Positions 40,401-46,619 of a DNA stretch of 64,000 bases are shown here, in pieces. Positions within the stretch are counted from its first letter, which is position 1. Each line of letters starts with the position of its first letter. The stretch is from an uncultured Clostridia bacterium (lineage in GTDB: Bacteria > Bacillota > Clostridia > Christensenellales > UBA1242): NCBI GenBank assembly GCA_944349805.1, contig CALVNP010000036.1:28843-92842 (forward strand). The letters are read 5' to 3'. A model generated the notes under the pieces. That model worked only from the letters and a program-made list of their open reading frames with translations, was not told the DNA's origin and made no database searches. The translations under genes and the position numbers were made by a program.

Positions 40401-43400
40401 TTTCTAATAACAAATTCGTCAATAGAATCCAACTCTTCATCTTGCATTATAGCATTAAAATATGGATAACCATTATTTACATTTTTGCTAAAATTCCAAA
40501 GCTTTGTTGAACCAAAAGATATTCCTGAATACTCATTACTAAGATCAGGGAAAGTTGTAGGATTAGCTATTTCAGTATCATTAGCAATAATACGGTAAGC
40601 ACCATTATTGTCATAAATATAAGCGTTTTGAACAAAATTTTGTCCATTTCCAACGAAGTTTGCATTATTTACACTTGCAAAACAACCATTAATTGTTCCA
40701 CCCGTAATACTTCCAACCAAGGAACCAACTTTTGTTCCTATGAGAACAACAGTTTCTCTAACATAAGAGTAAGCATAGCTAAACTCTATTGTTCCAGAAC
40801 TCATTGTTCCAACAAGTCCACCAACAACATTGCCTTTATAAGAAGAATATATCGCTTTTTCTTCTTTTTCTTCATATCTATAAAATTCTACTTCTGCATA
40901 GCTTATTGTTCCATTGTTTATTCCAGCAACACCACCAACTGAACCCGTTGCCGTAACTGAACCATAAAATTTAACATTTGAAATTGTTCCATTGTTAATT
41001 CCAACAATTCCACCTACATCAGTACCTGTTACAGTACTTGGAGAATAAAGTTTATCATCATTTATGTATGTATCCACCGTAATGTTCTTTATCGTACCAT
41101 TGTTTTCTTTTGAAACAAATCCACCCGTTGCCGTTCCAATCAAAATAAAATCTTCAACAATTGCACCCTCTCCAAGAGTATTAAACAGCGAAGTTCCATT
41201 TAATGTAATTGTATGACAAATGCTTTCCCCCACAAGTTTTCCAAATAGTGCACCTGTAAATTCCTTTTCAGCACCTAATTTAGCATCCAATGCAGTATTA
41301 TTAAGTGTAATATCTTTTATTAACGTATAATAAAGATCAGGATTATTTGTTATGGCATCTATTAAACCGTCAGCTGTACTTATTTGATAAGAAGTTTCTC
41401 TTGTTCTACCATCGGCAATTACAATTGGAATGTATCTTGCAACATCATCTTCTCCTGCTTCATATCTTCCAGCAATATAGCAATCTTCTGGTGCAATTCT
41501 AATAATTCCAGCACCACCTATTATTGTTTCTTTTGAAAGAGTAATCTCTCCTGTTAATCTATTAAGTGAAATAATATTTTGTTGTGTACCTTCATTTGGC
41601 AAAAATTCATATATTAAATTTGTGTTTAAAGGATTGTTTGCTGTATCTGCGTGAGCAAGAATTTTAAACATTTGATCTTGATTGTCTTCAGGATCTAAAT
41701 TTCTTTCAATTTCAAAATATATTCCATTTTCTTCCGTAACATTGTCTAAAATTATATTTTCAACTTTGTTTGCTCTTCTAATTGTAAGATTAAATGACCT
41801 TGCAATTTTCTTTCCAAACTCCTCAGCTTGTATTAAAATGTTATCAAAAACTACGGAAGCTTGTACATATTCAGTTCCACTTAATTGATATGTTGATAGA
41901 GCATTAATTGTGGCAGTTGAATCAGAAATTGTAATTGTGTAAATAACTTTACTGTATTCACCTTCATCAGTTTTAATTACATTTAAACCATCTTCTTTTT
42001 CATCATCTTGAACATACCAAGAAATCTCGTTGTAAGTTGGTTGGTTGGTTGACACTCCATTGTTAAAGGTGACACTAAAAGTTGTTTTAGTATAATCAAT
42101 GTTTGCGTCTCCCACACTATCTTTTGAATACACAGTTGCACTATACTTAGAAAGTTCTATTGTATTGATTGGTACATATCCTTCAACAACAAAATATTTA
42201 TCAATTGTATCTTCTATTTTGTTTCCTGTATAATCATCAAGCACATAGCCTTTTAATGTTACTTTAACAAGGACTTTTCCTTCTCTCAAAACACTTATTT
42301 GATTATAATTGTTCAAAAAGAGTGAACTTACAATTTGGGAGGTTGTTGAAAAATCATACCCCTTGACATTATCAAAAAATGCATTTTGATATTTTTTGTC
42401 ATATACACTTTCATAAACATCTTTGTTTAAATCACTAAATCCATAACTAATTGAGTAAGAATAATTTGCACTGATTGTAAGTGGAACAATCTCCCCACGC
42501 TTTATAGAAACAACAAATTCATTACTTCCAATATCTTCATCTTTTGTAACCAAATTACCAATTGAAGATGTTTGATTTGGAGATGGAACACTTAAAACAG
42601 CACTTTCATCCATTGCAACAAAAACTTCCACTTTAGCTTTTAATAAGTACCCATTTGCAAATCTTATTCTTATTTCGCCAATGCCTTCTACGCCTTCAAT
42701 TGAAGCAATTGTTATTTTGTAAACTTCTTTATCTTCGTCTTTAACATCTATAAGAATTGGTTTATCATCTATCACATAAAAAGCATTACCTGATGTTGTT
42801 ACAACCACATCACCCAATGTTACATTTTTAGGAGATACAGCAAACTCGACATCTATTAAAGTTTGTTTATTGCTAGTTATATAATATGAATAAGAGCCGT
42901 CTTCTTCTTGAATAGCATTATTAAATTGAATATCTTTTGCACCTCTAACAGGTTTCAATGTATAAGAAACAGAAACGCTATCATTTACATCAGACTTAAC
43001 TTCAATTGAACCATCAATATTATTGTTTTCATTTCTAGATTTTACATATATGCTTTTTCCATTCCTTAAAGGAAAAACATAATTACCACCTATTGATTCA
43101 GGTGGTTCGGGTTGTATTTCTTTTCCATTTGAATCATAGAATATAAAATTTGCATATGTAGAAGCATTAATGTAGGCTGTCATATTACTGTCTTCAATAG
43201 GTACAGTAGTAGGTCCCACAACAAAAGTAAGTTCAAGTCCTTTCACATTTACATAAAAATCATAAACATCAAAAGAGGTTTCATCTTGTACTTTTTGACC
43301 ATCTTTATAAGTTGTAATGCTAGCAACGGTATCGTAAGAAGATACAACAACCTTTTCTGTTAGTATTGTTTCATCATAATTTTTTCTTTTAATTTCAAAA

Positions 43401-44332
43401 TATAGTTCATCTTTACCAACTTCACCATTTGGAATGATATAATATCTGAATATATTCCCATTAATTTCAGATTTAGAGATTTGTGCAATATCGTTGTAAA
43501 CAAATCGTGGAGTGATTTCATACTCATCTGAATCCATCGTGATTTCAATAAGTATACAATTTTTGTTTTTAAGGTTATTTGCAAGCCTTAACTCGTTAGT
43601 TTCTTCTCCAACTACACCGTCCTTTAAATAAAAGTATTTGTATTCATAGTTGATAGGTTCCAAAACATCCAAAGAAACTCTCGTCGTCTTTTGAGAGTCA
43701 AACTTAGATGTTGCAATTAATTCGATTGTATTATCAACAAATTGATCAGTAACAGTGAGTACATTATTGACAATTGTTGCTCCAACTGTATCTTCTGGTA
43801 AAGTAAAAATAACATCTTTTTGAGTGGTATCTTCAGGGAAATAAGTCAGCAATTTTTCCCCAATTAATATTTTTTCAGAATTTACTGTAACGAATCTTGA
43901 GGAGGTTTCTGGATTTTCTCTAATTTCTGACAAAGGTATGATAGAGGACACATAAAAACTTTGGCTTTTTCTTCCATCACAAGCTGTAACTTTTATTTCT
44001 ATATTATTAACCACACCATTAACAGAAACGGTGAGTTCGCTATAGTCCCCTTGAATATATTTTGGTGTAACAACAACCTTGTCACTCGAAGAGCTAGCAT
44101 CTAAAATTTTACTTATATCATTTGATGCTCCTTCAAGCTTAACAGAAATGGTTTCTGTTGCTTTGTTGTTTTCATCTAATTCAAGCACTAAACCATTTTG
44201 AACTTTTTCAGGTAAAACAATTTTCACATTTTTATAAGGGTCCCCACAAGCAGAAAGAAAAATTGTTGCCCCAAAAGAAAGCACCATTAAAATCATTGCT
44301 GGAATCAAATAAAGCTTTTTAAAGTATCTCAT
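28460..44332 (-). CDS. giant surface lipoprotein, 5,290 aa (Ig-like repeats, six GLUG-motif-like beta-helix cassettes, internal hydrophobic hairpin)
   Basis: Uninterrupted 15.9-kb ORF. GAGGAGG SD. Lipobox 'IFLSAC|GDPYKNVKIV'. Cassette hallmarks such as 'GTKDNPFQIPSARKL...FTGNFNGNNKTISNL...AGGIVG...AGGIMG...TAGGILG'. Gly/Ala-rich hydrophobic stretch at about aa 4726-4787. Confidence 0.85.
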   Translation of the reverse strand: MRYFKKLYLIPAMILMVLSFGATIFLSACGDPYKNVKIVLPEKVQNGLVLELDENNKATETISVKLEGASNDISKILDASSSSDKVVVTPKYIQGDYSELTVSVNGVVNNIEIKVTACDGRKSQSFYVSSIIPLSEIRENPETSSRFVTVNSEKILIGEKLLTYFPEDTTQKDVIFTLPEDTVGATIVNNVLTVTDQFVDNTIELIATSKFDSQKTTRVSLDVLEPINYEYKYFYLKDGVVGEETNELRLANNLKNKNCILIEITMDSDEYEITPRFVYNDIAQISKSEINGNIFRYYIIPNGEVGKDELYFEIKRKNYDETILTEKVVVSSYDTVASITTYKDGQKVQDETSFDVYDFYVNVKGLELTFVVGPTTVPIEDSNMTAYINASTYANFIFYDSNGKEIQPEPPESIGGNYVFPLRNGKSIYVKSRNENNNIDGSIEVKSDVNDSVSVSYTLKPVRGAKDIQFNNAIQEEDGSYSYYITSNKQTLIDVEFAVSPKNVTLGDVVVTTSGNAFYVIDDKPILIDVKDEDKEVYKITIASIEGVEGIGEIRIRFANGYLLKAKVEVFVAMDESAVLSVPSPNQTSSIGNLVTKDEDIGSNEFVVSIKRGEIVPLTISANYSYSISYGFSDLNKDVYESVYDKKYQNAFFDNVKGYDFSTTSQIVSSLFLNNYNQISVLREGKVLVKVTLKGYVLDDYTGNKIEDTIDKYFVVEGYVPINTIELSKYSATVYSKDSVGDANIDYTKTTFSVTFNNGVSTNQPTYNEISWYVQDDEKEDGLNVIKTDEGEYSKVIYTITISDSTATINALSTYQLSGTEYVQASVVFDNILIQAEEFGKKIARSFNLTIRRANKVENIILDNVTEENGIYFEIERNLDPEDNQDQMFKILAHADTANNPLNTNLIYEFLPNEGTQQNIISLNRLTGEITLSKETIIGGAGIIRIAPEDCYIAGRYEAGEDDVARYIPIVIADGRTRETSYQISTADGLIDAITNNPDLYYTLIKDITLNNTALDAKLGAEKEFTGALFGKLVGESICHTITLNGTSLFNTLGEGAIVEDFILIGTATGGFVSKENNGTIKNITVDTYINDDKLYSPSTVTGTDVGGIVGINNGTISNVKFYGSVTATGSVGGVAGINNGTISYAEVEFYRYEEKEEKAIYSSYKGNVVGGLVGTMSSGTIEFSYAYSYVRETVVLIGTKVGSLVGSITGGTINGCFASVNNANFVGNGQNFVQNAYIYDNNGAYRIIANDTEIANPTTFPDLSNEYSGISFGSTKLWNFSKNVNNGYPYFNAIMQDEELDSIDEFVIRNTDLTLVGKDNKVIFYYYKASESSLTDMENAVIQSWNTISFQDLFGVQNVSSLRITFGEGETPPIFNGPNYITIQDICYTSFDFTIFSKYDYSLKKTYNAVIVYKISDFKLNYRDAELTNGSEISIKKGQSENISSSISTSKIAVNRKLNLVQNEFIVENIVKNKPVDGLADDGLADDGLTISGENIGTHIIQTSEETKAQIIDVSLYLQIKDLNETTNETTNETTFNEMIKGRYVKTFKVNLYNGADSVITESKELSIEPIDSFAQTVEVTVYADQNTADDLVVKIINNDEIGEEFTKYAGITQTVDENDEVINDALQLEGINYIKIFEDSDYRIFTNGIIEIKIKNPVVTGYTDKTMTTKADTDDSAKYFKQVYEVSFGIVDNNAIKALNFDNVKYELEFFAQSTNVSTDFDLYVQTQKLSYINSIHSPLDKALWENVGDVEKLTYSYDEIPKAILAPGNEGLLEIDLYPSYSYYDYITVTTSTVSGSSYQLRLGMMEKLDGSNKFIRKTTGYESLVNGIKIFNNAGQNDNSIGVVYLRTFAPNNIDVDTIYQLVISAYDKDGNLLSSSNVFQISVQTVTKPNITINGEKQTLIAKGGFGDVQIVVNADQTIDSLRISDIESGDVSYDPLTYTIDSTSGLKTYTTRVYVGTDVLIEGGRNYFTITAQTSRLINNAIETAEDVVYVAVGDFVINGENTQIKTDAYNKDVLTVYVGAEQKLEFDFDIDFFLGNDSLSKFYANNFFNSNPDTSYDQRQSYIVNGFYDNLPYDFDFDSTNSVIVANFIDNLYYADRFSEDKVELSKVFNRVTGEIASNNLCRFSYDGSNLYVRGLQASTGSLNMLLRIPIQIPNGTNEPIKTYINYYFTINVVLETNEDKPVIIDSAEKFIALQNTNSETSTPLDYILTEDIYLLNYSPFDTTNIKSLDGNNKTIHILSYNIPSDQSSINIALFNNVSDITTLKNLRVNVYYGGNINIDMSIVSSVNVAGLAISNNGIITNCEVVAYSYDDSDRPNPAVPGIYVNYGQNINVESITSCVAGFVIENNGNITNSRVGGTSLEVVNKPEINLPIFNIYAQGDIAGFVYSNSGTIASSFFNNGKIYNATINGASTSTAGFAIQNTGEIRLSYVKGAYNNSYEIHTTGGGIETASVGAGFIYQNNGTIEDSYSNIMLTTISDNQSGRLSAGFVYINTTDGIVRRSYSASKIENSSSTQMNFLGVDINLELQNYGLVENCYYYNSNSSLEDEYNSSDLESLYNTSVNRVYEPDIKDNFYGFAFTTSSVENIAIDGVWYMTSRGPELVGANNIAISSRTLRVEEVNSSGEIVDYSFVYDDGYRYGSSKNPIIIRNETEFNQVFGGDTSNVSTSVAFYYNLVENKVFGNYRIVDNIDLSTLLSDESGLTIKSTEMSLTPTYNNQGEINGLGFIDGNSFTISGIELVSTLGGTNTSYGLFKQIENGAVVMNLNLQINSVSATRVNYVGALAGTIQDSKIINVSVKSSSENDNAVIYGYNVVGGLAGRIVGQSYVSNVSVENLMVVAGNQTDASITQQFYNRLNSSNISYAGGVAGVIDIYVDINAYNFDLNLSTPNVYNIKSLGNMQVYGATVGGIVGFLGPQTMLKDALFELSSSTQNDYSQKLVAYKFSAGGIVGENYGYLFMVRAEHSPEDQTEIENGYSTYYNNSSASVNRGNLNLFEYEDSTNYKQEYIGGIVGEFVTGKLEKSYSKINVRSSSAKYAGGIIGGISGRDNSSFGALKDYGLTQTMPLTFTEIYATGDLLANVGAGGIFGYIKNGVWRRITLTKINAINYLSVPSSQGTESGQYSVVNGKNILNNVYDIYYTPYTPDASYIVDEISVNTVNFDVHSIEKISTSNNAYYLNKSNYINDNNYIISENVQIIEDLRLSNNVEFVNEMNKIFRNVGWDEQYWETSTGENQPHFFPHLVFKVAPSVIYIREASDLELLNQYKNKTFVIIGNDNSGIVPVGDYLATTMKGFTVNGFSGLLRGKDDSGNYGLDFSVTNSENTITAPLFTSTLTGSQFSNFVIQNVGETSFGVRNGDVNAILVEDATGTTFNNIIFKDCSINPSTYDSVGLLTSSASRCSFANISFNNCYIDFNSDGEQTNNYVGFVSGKININDTNIETIIDGVEFYDCSINISITKATTTTTDAKTNMYVGYISGYSASIDLDLYNNEKNTVNNLTTQFDNKTSSINLYYGSLIGKVNGYANVTVNQKYENATTLVINDSLLNKDSSNTKVQVNSAYVGGIFGKVSGSTKGININTIKSPNAEENAEFNLKVQNNINLLTNADLYYGGAIGYANSLNVKNIQIAGNSELSSKTDSSYVSGAFGYVVNKAIVNKIKVGQTINYTLESSGTKFIGGIVAYIEENSNEDESSEITSSLSECVFDISNSNSSDIYFGGFVGFVNTDHTLNISNSVCGGSLKLDNSKNSIIGGMVGSINGSSKNTSSISKTIIEKNIIYTDLQLKSSIGDSGYLGGIVGIGANGSQIKTNYILASFIYPFVKTNVGVVAGNNNSSTLQNNYYCSQLTLMLDTSTSGPTNMTYTGILNAFKATDQSNLISSAHYGSKLNPFEINGDYIKAGSVTVAQHNSGNWQVSINDNTLNDYIGQSGANPFSSLVSERKYFTLTTQENVNVTNIVNQEFKNVGFIGNGSTINVTPSVFGSTYTTNQFVKTLDENSFISGLKVFVDIRAYQDTRNLVSSEAIYGGIVGTNEGIIFACNTVNSGTIPDDPKIEVTKGIEGGISINGITAETTTLTIGGFVGVNNGFIADSFSMVDIVTDTSRVENAYLGGFVGKNYGVIDSCYSTGFVQSNLTSSDGTHNIFAFSYDESGSVANSYTIAKAKTSNYGTPGVFGVGANDSNEYDKYATELTSENGTSNEEMSVFNTTSAENKYAQDPTINFGYKFFGGSAYNGTSAYMLINTGDGTKDNPFQIPSARKLSQLSQLASANGSENGYTFNSDYEIIYDINLTSAGINEFTPIGSSSAPFTGNFNGNNKTISNLTVSNLTVNEKGGNAGLFGNAGMNVENITNKKIQNIILYNPTITASKVDNTKTSAGGIVGAGRNIDIINCHIIGGSITAYNNAGGIMGAVEAGNVLISQCSNNNTSILSNGSGTQTLTTAGGILGYLLGESGTNATEGGATTTSLFVTIEECYNTGKIVAGQEENQSNDENLPLYAYAGGILGTGGIWFDFSSTGNAIGNVVRNIIINNCYNKGDISANARVPKLSSYSLEERDEKGNIKRDEYGNLSLNAAYRPTASYFVIRRDYTESKTVTYSEKYSVYEVVVFMLLRQAYSSGIATNSIINACYNIGNLSTNEGDIADTIRNEAKNIVESKTESPRIHILYGSHSRWDGSEPQEDSSSFTLKRDDYTSYGRIENDEVKNEYLRVLYDGSIYEKASTIDPLTVVSYIATPFVATAGVGMYVSGSAAVGGLLATAAGVSTVPVAGWVAAGVIGIAAVGAYLLWPDTKVDLVLLKNNGGISITSYFDESRWFGRNMAYSPENSSTVYPIVFDDLNTSNQNSEFCDSFIAPIGYGSKITSSYSLSNVSGENHRPGTYNDGKNENYKKSLDDLKNYSKYSSSTEINYSNFSHNEGDKYAYYSLKEDEISYTSDDLSNGYALYEEDGEQYIYSKKTYQVSGEGVQESDIRQLVWVLDGQNAGYSVDDYTIIKMPTTSEDGTSSDGTMIKVDQNFVKLYYKNEDDLKEITETTTNTVVGYKIENPYIVIYDEITPEVYTNPVHIRLADEITISLTGDNAYQEADMINHKETYAGMFRLSNSLPSNQVTLKDIIHINFSEVKAGIQYKFDVDNGDSTTQQTLFVGQISETDENNKKVYSIEFNETHRASISFENGYNVGKAPILNPLYKFENGTNGTVEMNINAETIKTIGMRVLESYDDKDEDENDITVYVVGYYRSRMIDKALVQNHSTISKTFTVNFWDFDGGDIWEIDANINEGLPYLKKLSHIYDIVS
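39726..39761 (-). repeat. perfect 12-nt x 3 in-frame tandem repeat inside the 5,290-aa gene (encodes NETT NETT NETT)
   Basis: Plus strand GTTGTTTCATTT at 39726-39737, 39738-39749 and 39750-39761. Confidence 0.9.
39866..39902 (-). repeat. 15-nt x about 2.5 in-frame tandem repeat inside the 5,290-aa gene (encodes DGLAD DGLAD DGL)
   Basis: Plus strand ACCATCATCAGCCAA at 39866-39880 and 39881-39895, with a partial third copy to 39902. Confidence 0.9.
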
Positions 44333-44408
44333 TTTTCCTCCTCTTTATTTTGCTTAATAAAATTAATATTAAACCAAAATACGCCAACAAAATACACTTT
44401 TTTGTTAT

Positions 44409-44437
44409 ATTATATAAAAACATAGTTTTTATGTCAA
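44409..44437 (-). promoter_or_regulatory. perfect-consensus sigma-A promoter of the giant-gene operon
   Basis: TTGACA (44432-44437), N17, TATAAT (44409-44414). The predicted 5' UTR is about 70 nt and ends in GAGGAGG. The spacer contains the palindrome ATAAAAAC-TAT-GTTTTTAT. Confidence 0.6.
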
Positions 44438-44476
44438 ATTTATTTAATAAAATATAGAGAAAATATGAGATAAATA

Positions 44477-44511
44477 TTGCATTCAAATATTTTTTTTTGT
44501 AAAATATCAAT
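44477..44511 (+). promoter_or_regulatory. promoter abutting the ttcA start codon (predicted leaderless)
   Basis: TTGCAT (44477-44482), N17, TAAAAT (44500-44505), N6, ATG (44512). No SD. Confidence 0.45.
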
Positions 44512-45222
44512 ATGGAATTAAAAAAAGCAATTAATACAGTTCACAGAGCAATAAAAAATTTTGATATGATTCAAAATGGCGACAAAATCGCCGTTGGTTT
44601 ATCTGGTGGAAAGGACAGTCTTTTACTCACTGCCTGTTTAGGTTTGTATCAAAAATACTCAAAAGTAAAATTTTCCCTAACGGCAATATGTATCGATAGT
44701 TTTAAAAATGCAGATATAAAAAGTCTAACGGAATTTTGCAAGTCCTATGATGTAGAATTAAAGGTGGTAAAATCAGATATCGGAGAAATAATTTTTGATA
44801 TAAGAAAAGAAAAAAATCCTTGTAGTTTATGCGCAAAAATGCGAAGAGGAATGTTGTGTAGTACTTGCCAAAACATAGGATTTAACAAGCTCGCATTAGG
44901 ACATAATGCTGATGATTTTATAGAAACATTTCTCCTTAGCATTATGCACGAAAACAGACTAAATTCTATGAAACCCGTTTCATTTATGAGCAACACAAAA
45001 ATCACAATCATAAGGCCATTATTATATCTTTGGGAAAATCAAATAAAGGACTATACAAAAGATTTTCCAATTTTAAAAAGCGCTTGTCCTGTGGACAAAA
45101 AAACCGAACGAGAAAATATTAAAAACAGCATTAAAGAAATAGAAAAAATATTGCCAAATTTCAAAAAAAATCTGTTTAATTCAATTTTTAATTATGAAAA
45201 ATATAATTTGATAAATTTATAA
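44512..45222 (+). CDS. ttcA: tRNA 2-thiocytidine biosynthesis protein TtcA-like PP-loop ATPase
   Basis: 236 aa. PP-loop 'SGGKDS', 'NPCSLCAKMRRG' and a second Cys pair, 'LGHNADD'. Confidence 0.8.
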   Translation: MELKKAINTVHRAIKNFDMIQNGDKIAVGLSGGKDSLLLTACLGLYQKYSKVKFSLTAICIDSFKNADIKSLTEFCKSYDVELKVVKSDIGEIIFDIRKEKNPCSLCAKMRRGMLCSTCQNIGFNKLALGHNADDFIETFLLSIMHENRLNSMKPVSFMSNTKITIIRPLLYLWENQIKDYTKDFPILKSACPVDKKTERENIKNSIKEIEKILPNFKKNLFNSIFNYEKYNLINL

Positions 45223-45237
45223 AAATTTAATAAAAAA

Positions 45238-45272
45238 ATAGGCAAAAATGTTAAAAAATTGCCTATTTTTTT
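45238..45272. terminator. bidirectional rho-independent terminator (ttcA / spoIIID)
   Basis: ATAGGCAA (45238-45245), 13-nt loop, TTGCCTAT (45259-45266), T6. An A-run precedes it. Confidence 0.55.
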
Positions 45273-45291
45273 AATTTTTTTATGATTTTTG

Positions 45292-45549
45292 CTAATTTTT
45301 TATATTTTTTAAGTATTTATTTTTTGTTGAAATTCCCCCTCTAATATGCTTTTCTTGAAAATTTTTTTCAAGAATTTTTTTAACTTTTTCATACAGATTT
45401 TTATCTATTTTTTTCAGCCTATAACTCACATCATTATGCACAGTACTTTTACTCACCCCAAAAACAAATGCAGTTTGTCTTACAGTATTTTCTGAATTGA
45501 GAATATGCTTACCTATAGTTATTGCTCGTTCCCTTATATCTTGTTTCAC
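45292..45549 (-). CDS. spoIIID: sporulation transcriptional regulator SpoIIID
   Basis: 85 aa. Collinear with B. subtilis SpoIIID as I recall it ('IKERTIKIGKYI...TVR..A..FGVSKSTVHKD' versus 'IRERAITIGKHI...TVRQTAFVFGVSKSTVHND', and 'HIRGGISTKNKY' versus 'HLRGGEATKLKY'). GTG start with a GGGGGTG SD. Confidence 0.85.
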   Translation of the reverse strand: MKQDIRERAITIGKHILNSENTVRQTAFVFGVSKSTVHNDVSYRLKKIDKNLYEKVKKILEKNFQEKHIRGGISTKNKYLKNIKN

Positions 45550-45569
45550 TATACACCCCCATTTTTAAC

Positions 45570-45599
45570 ATAATATGAGAGCTTTTGACAAAATATGAC
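45570..45599 (-). promoter_or_regulatory. possible sigma-E-type promoter upstream of spoIIID
   Basis: GTCATATT (45592-45599), 14 nt, CATATTAT (45570-45577), resembling the kmATAtt / CATAcA-T consensus. A weak sigma-A reading (TTGTCA-N17-TTAAAA) is also possible. Confidence 0.3.
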
Positions 45600-45611
45600 A
45601 TAATGAAACAA

Positions 45612-45641
45612 ATAAAAAAATCTTAGCTTTATGCTAAGATT
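45612..45641 (-). terminator. rho-independent terminator after acpP
   Basis: TCTTAGC (45621-45627) / GCTAAGA (45633-45639) hairpin followed on the minus strand by U7. Confidence 0.6.
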
Positions 45642-45656
45642 TTAATTTAAAATATT

Positions 45657-45884
45657 TTACTTTTTACTTTCAATAACTTTTACAATTTCACCCACGGTTT
45701 TCATATTAGCCGTTTCTTCATCTGGAATACTAATTCCAAATTCTTCTTCTAAAGTCATTAACATTTCAACAATATCTAAAGAATCTGCACCTAAATCTTC
45801 AACAAGCTTAGATTCGTCATTAACCTTTTCAACAGGAATATTTAGTTGTGATGCTATAAGAGACTTTACCTTTTCTTCAACCAT
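45657..45884 (-). CDS. acpP: acyl carrier protein
   Basis: 75 aa. Phosphopantetheine site 'LGADSLDIVEMLM'. AGGAGG SD. Confidence 0.92.
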   Translation of the reverse strand: MVEEKVKSLIASQLNIPVEKVNDESKLVEDLGADSLDIVEMLMTLEEEFGISIPDEETANMKTVGEIVKVIESKK

Positions 45885-45952
45885 TTTATCCTCCTTACAA
45901 CTGTTATATTATATCACAACTATTATATGAAATCAACTATATTTTAATACAT

Positions 45953-45978
45953 ATAAAAAAATGCGATTAAAGTCGCAT
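45953..45978 (-). terminator. rho-independent terminator after the M23 gene
   Basis: ATGCGA (45961-45966) / TCGCAT (45973-45978) hairpin followed on the minus strand by U6. Confidence 0.45.
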
Positions 45979-45979
45979 T

Positions 45980-46567
45980 TTATTTTGGTTGTAATTCTAA
46001 ATAATTATTTGGATCAATTTTATTACCATCTTCTATCAGTTCCAAATGCAAGTGACTCCCCGTCAAGCTTTCAGAACCTGCACTATCAGAGGCATTACCA
46101 ATTTGATCACCCTTCTTCACTTTATCCCCAACTTTAATTTTCAACTCATTACTTAGTGAACTGTAAACACTTTCAAGCCCGTTTGAATGCTTAATTACAA
46201 CTTTTGTACCATCTAAACTATCTTCTGTTATAGACATAACTTCGCCATCAGCAATAGCAAAAACTAGTGAGCTGTCAGATGTCAAATCCATACCCTCGTG
46301 AGCTTCCCACCACGCAAGAGTTGAATTCCACATTAATTCAGAGCCAGAATAATCCTTTACAATAGTTGGATTTTCCATTGGCAAACAAAAACTTAACACC
46401 TCTGGATTGGCAACACTGATAACTGGATTGTTAGCTGACGAGTCTAGATTAATTTCAGTATTTTCTGTTCCCGCAGCAACACCAATTGTAATACCCAAAG
46501 CAACAACCATCAACCCAATCATACAGTAATAGCCATATTTTTTAAAAAAAAGTTTTAATTTATTCAT
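45980..46567 (-). CDS. membrane-anchored M23 (LytM) peptidase-family protein, SpoIIQ-like
   Basis: Start set at MNKLKL (GGGAGG SD). N-terminal TM. 'LMWNSTLAWWEAHEGMDL' (a SpoIIQ-style context for HxxxD) and 'GSHLHLE' (HxH). In the C. difficile gene order as I recall it, spoIIQ lies next to spoIIID. Confidence 0.65.
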   Translation of the reverse strand: MNKLKLFFKKYGYYCMIGLMVVALGITIGVAAGTENTEINLDSSANNPVISVANPEVLSFCLPMENPTIVKDYSGSELMWNSTLAWWEAHEGMDLTSDSSLVFAIADGEVMSITEDSLDGTKVVIKHSNGLESVYSSLSNELKIKVGDKVKKGDQIGNASDSAGSESLTGSHLHLELIEDGNKIDPNNYLELQPK

Positions 46568-46619
46568 ATTTCCTCCCGTGGAAATTATTGACAATAAAAT
46601 AAAACTTTAAACATTACAA

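Noticed and set aside
18791-44332. CRISPR array or nucleotide-level tandem repeats as an explanation for the periodicity seen in the giant genes
   Set aside because: The periodicity is at the protein-motif level only (GG[IL][VA]G turns with different codons). There are no direct repeats with unique spacers, and the frame is open throughout.
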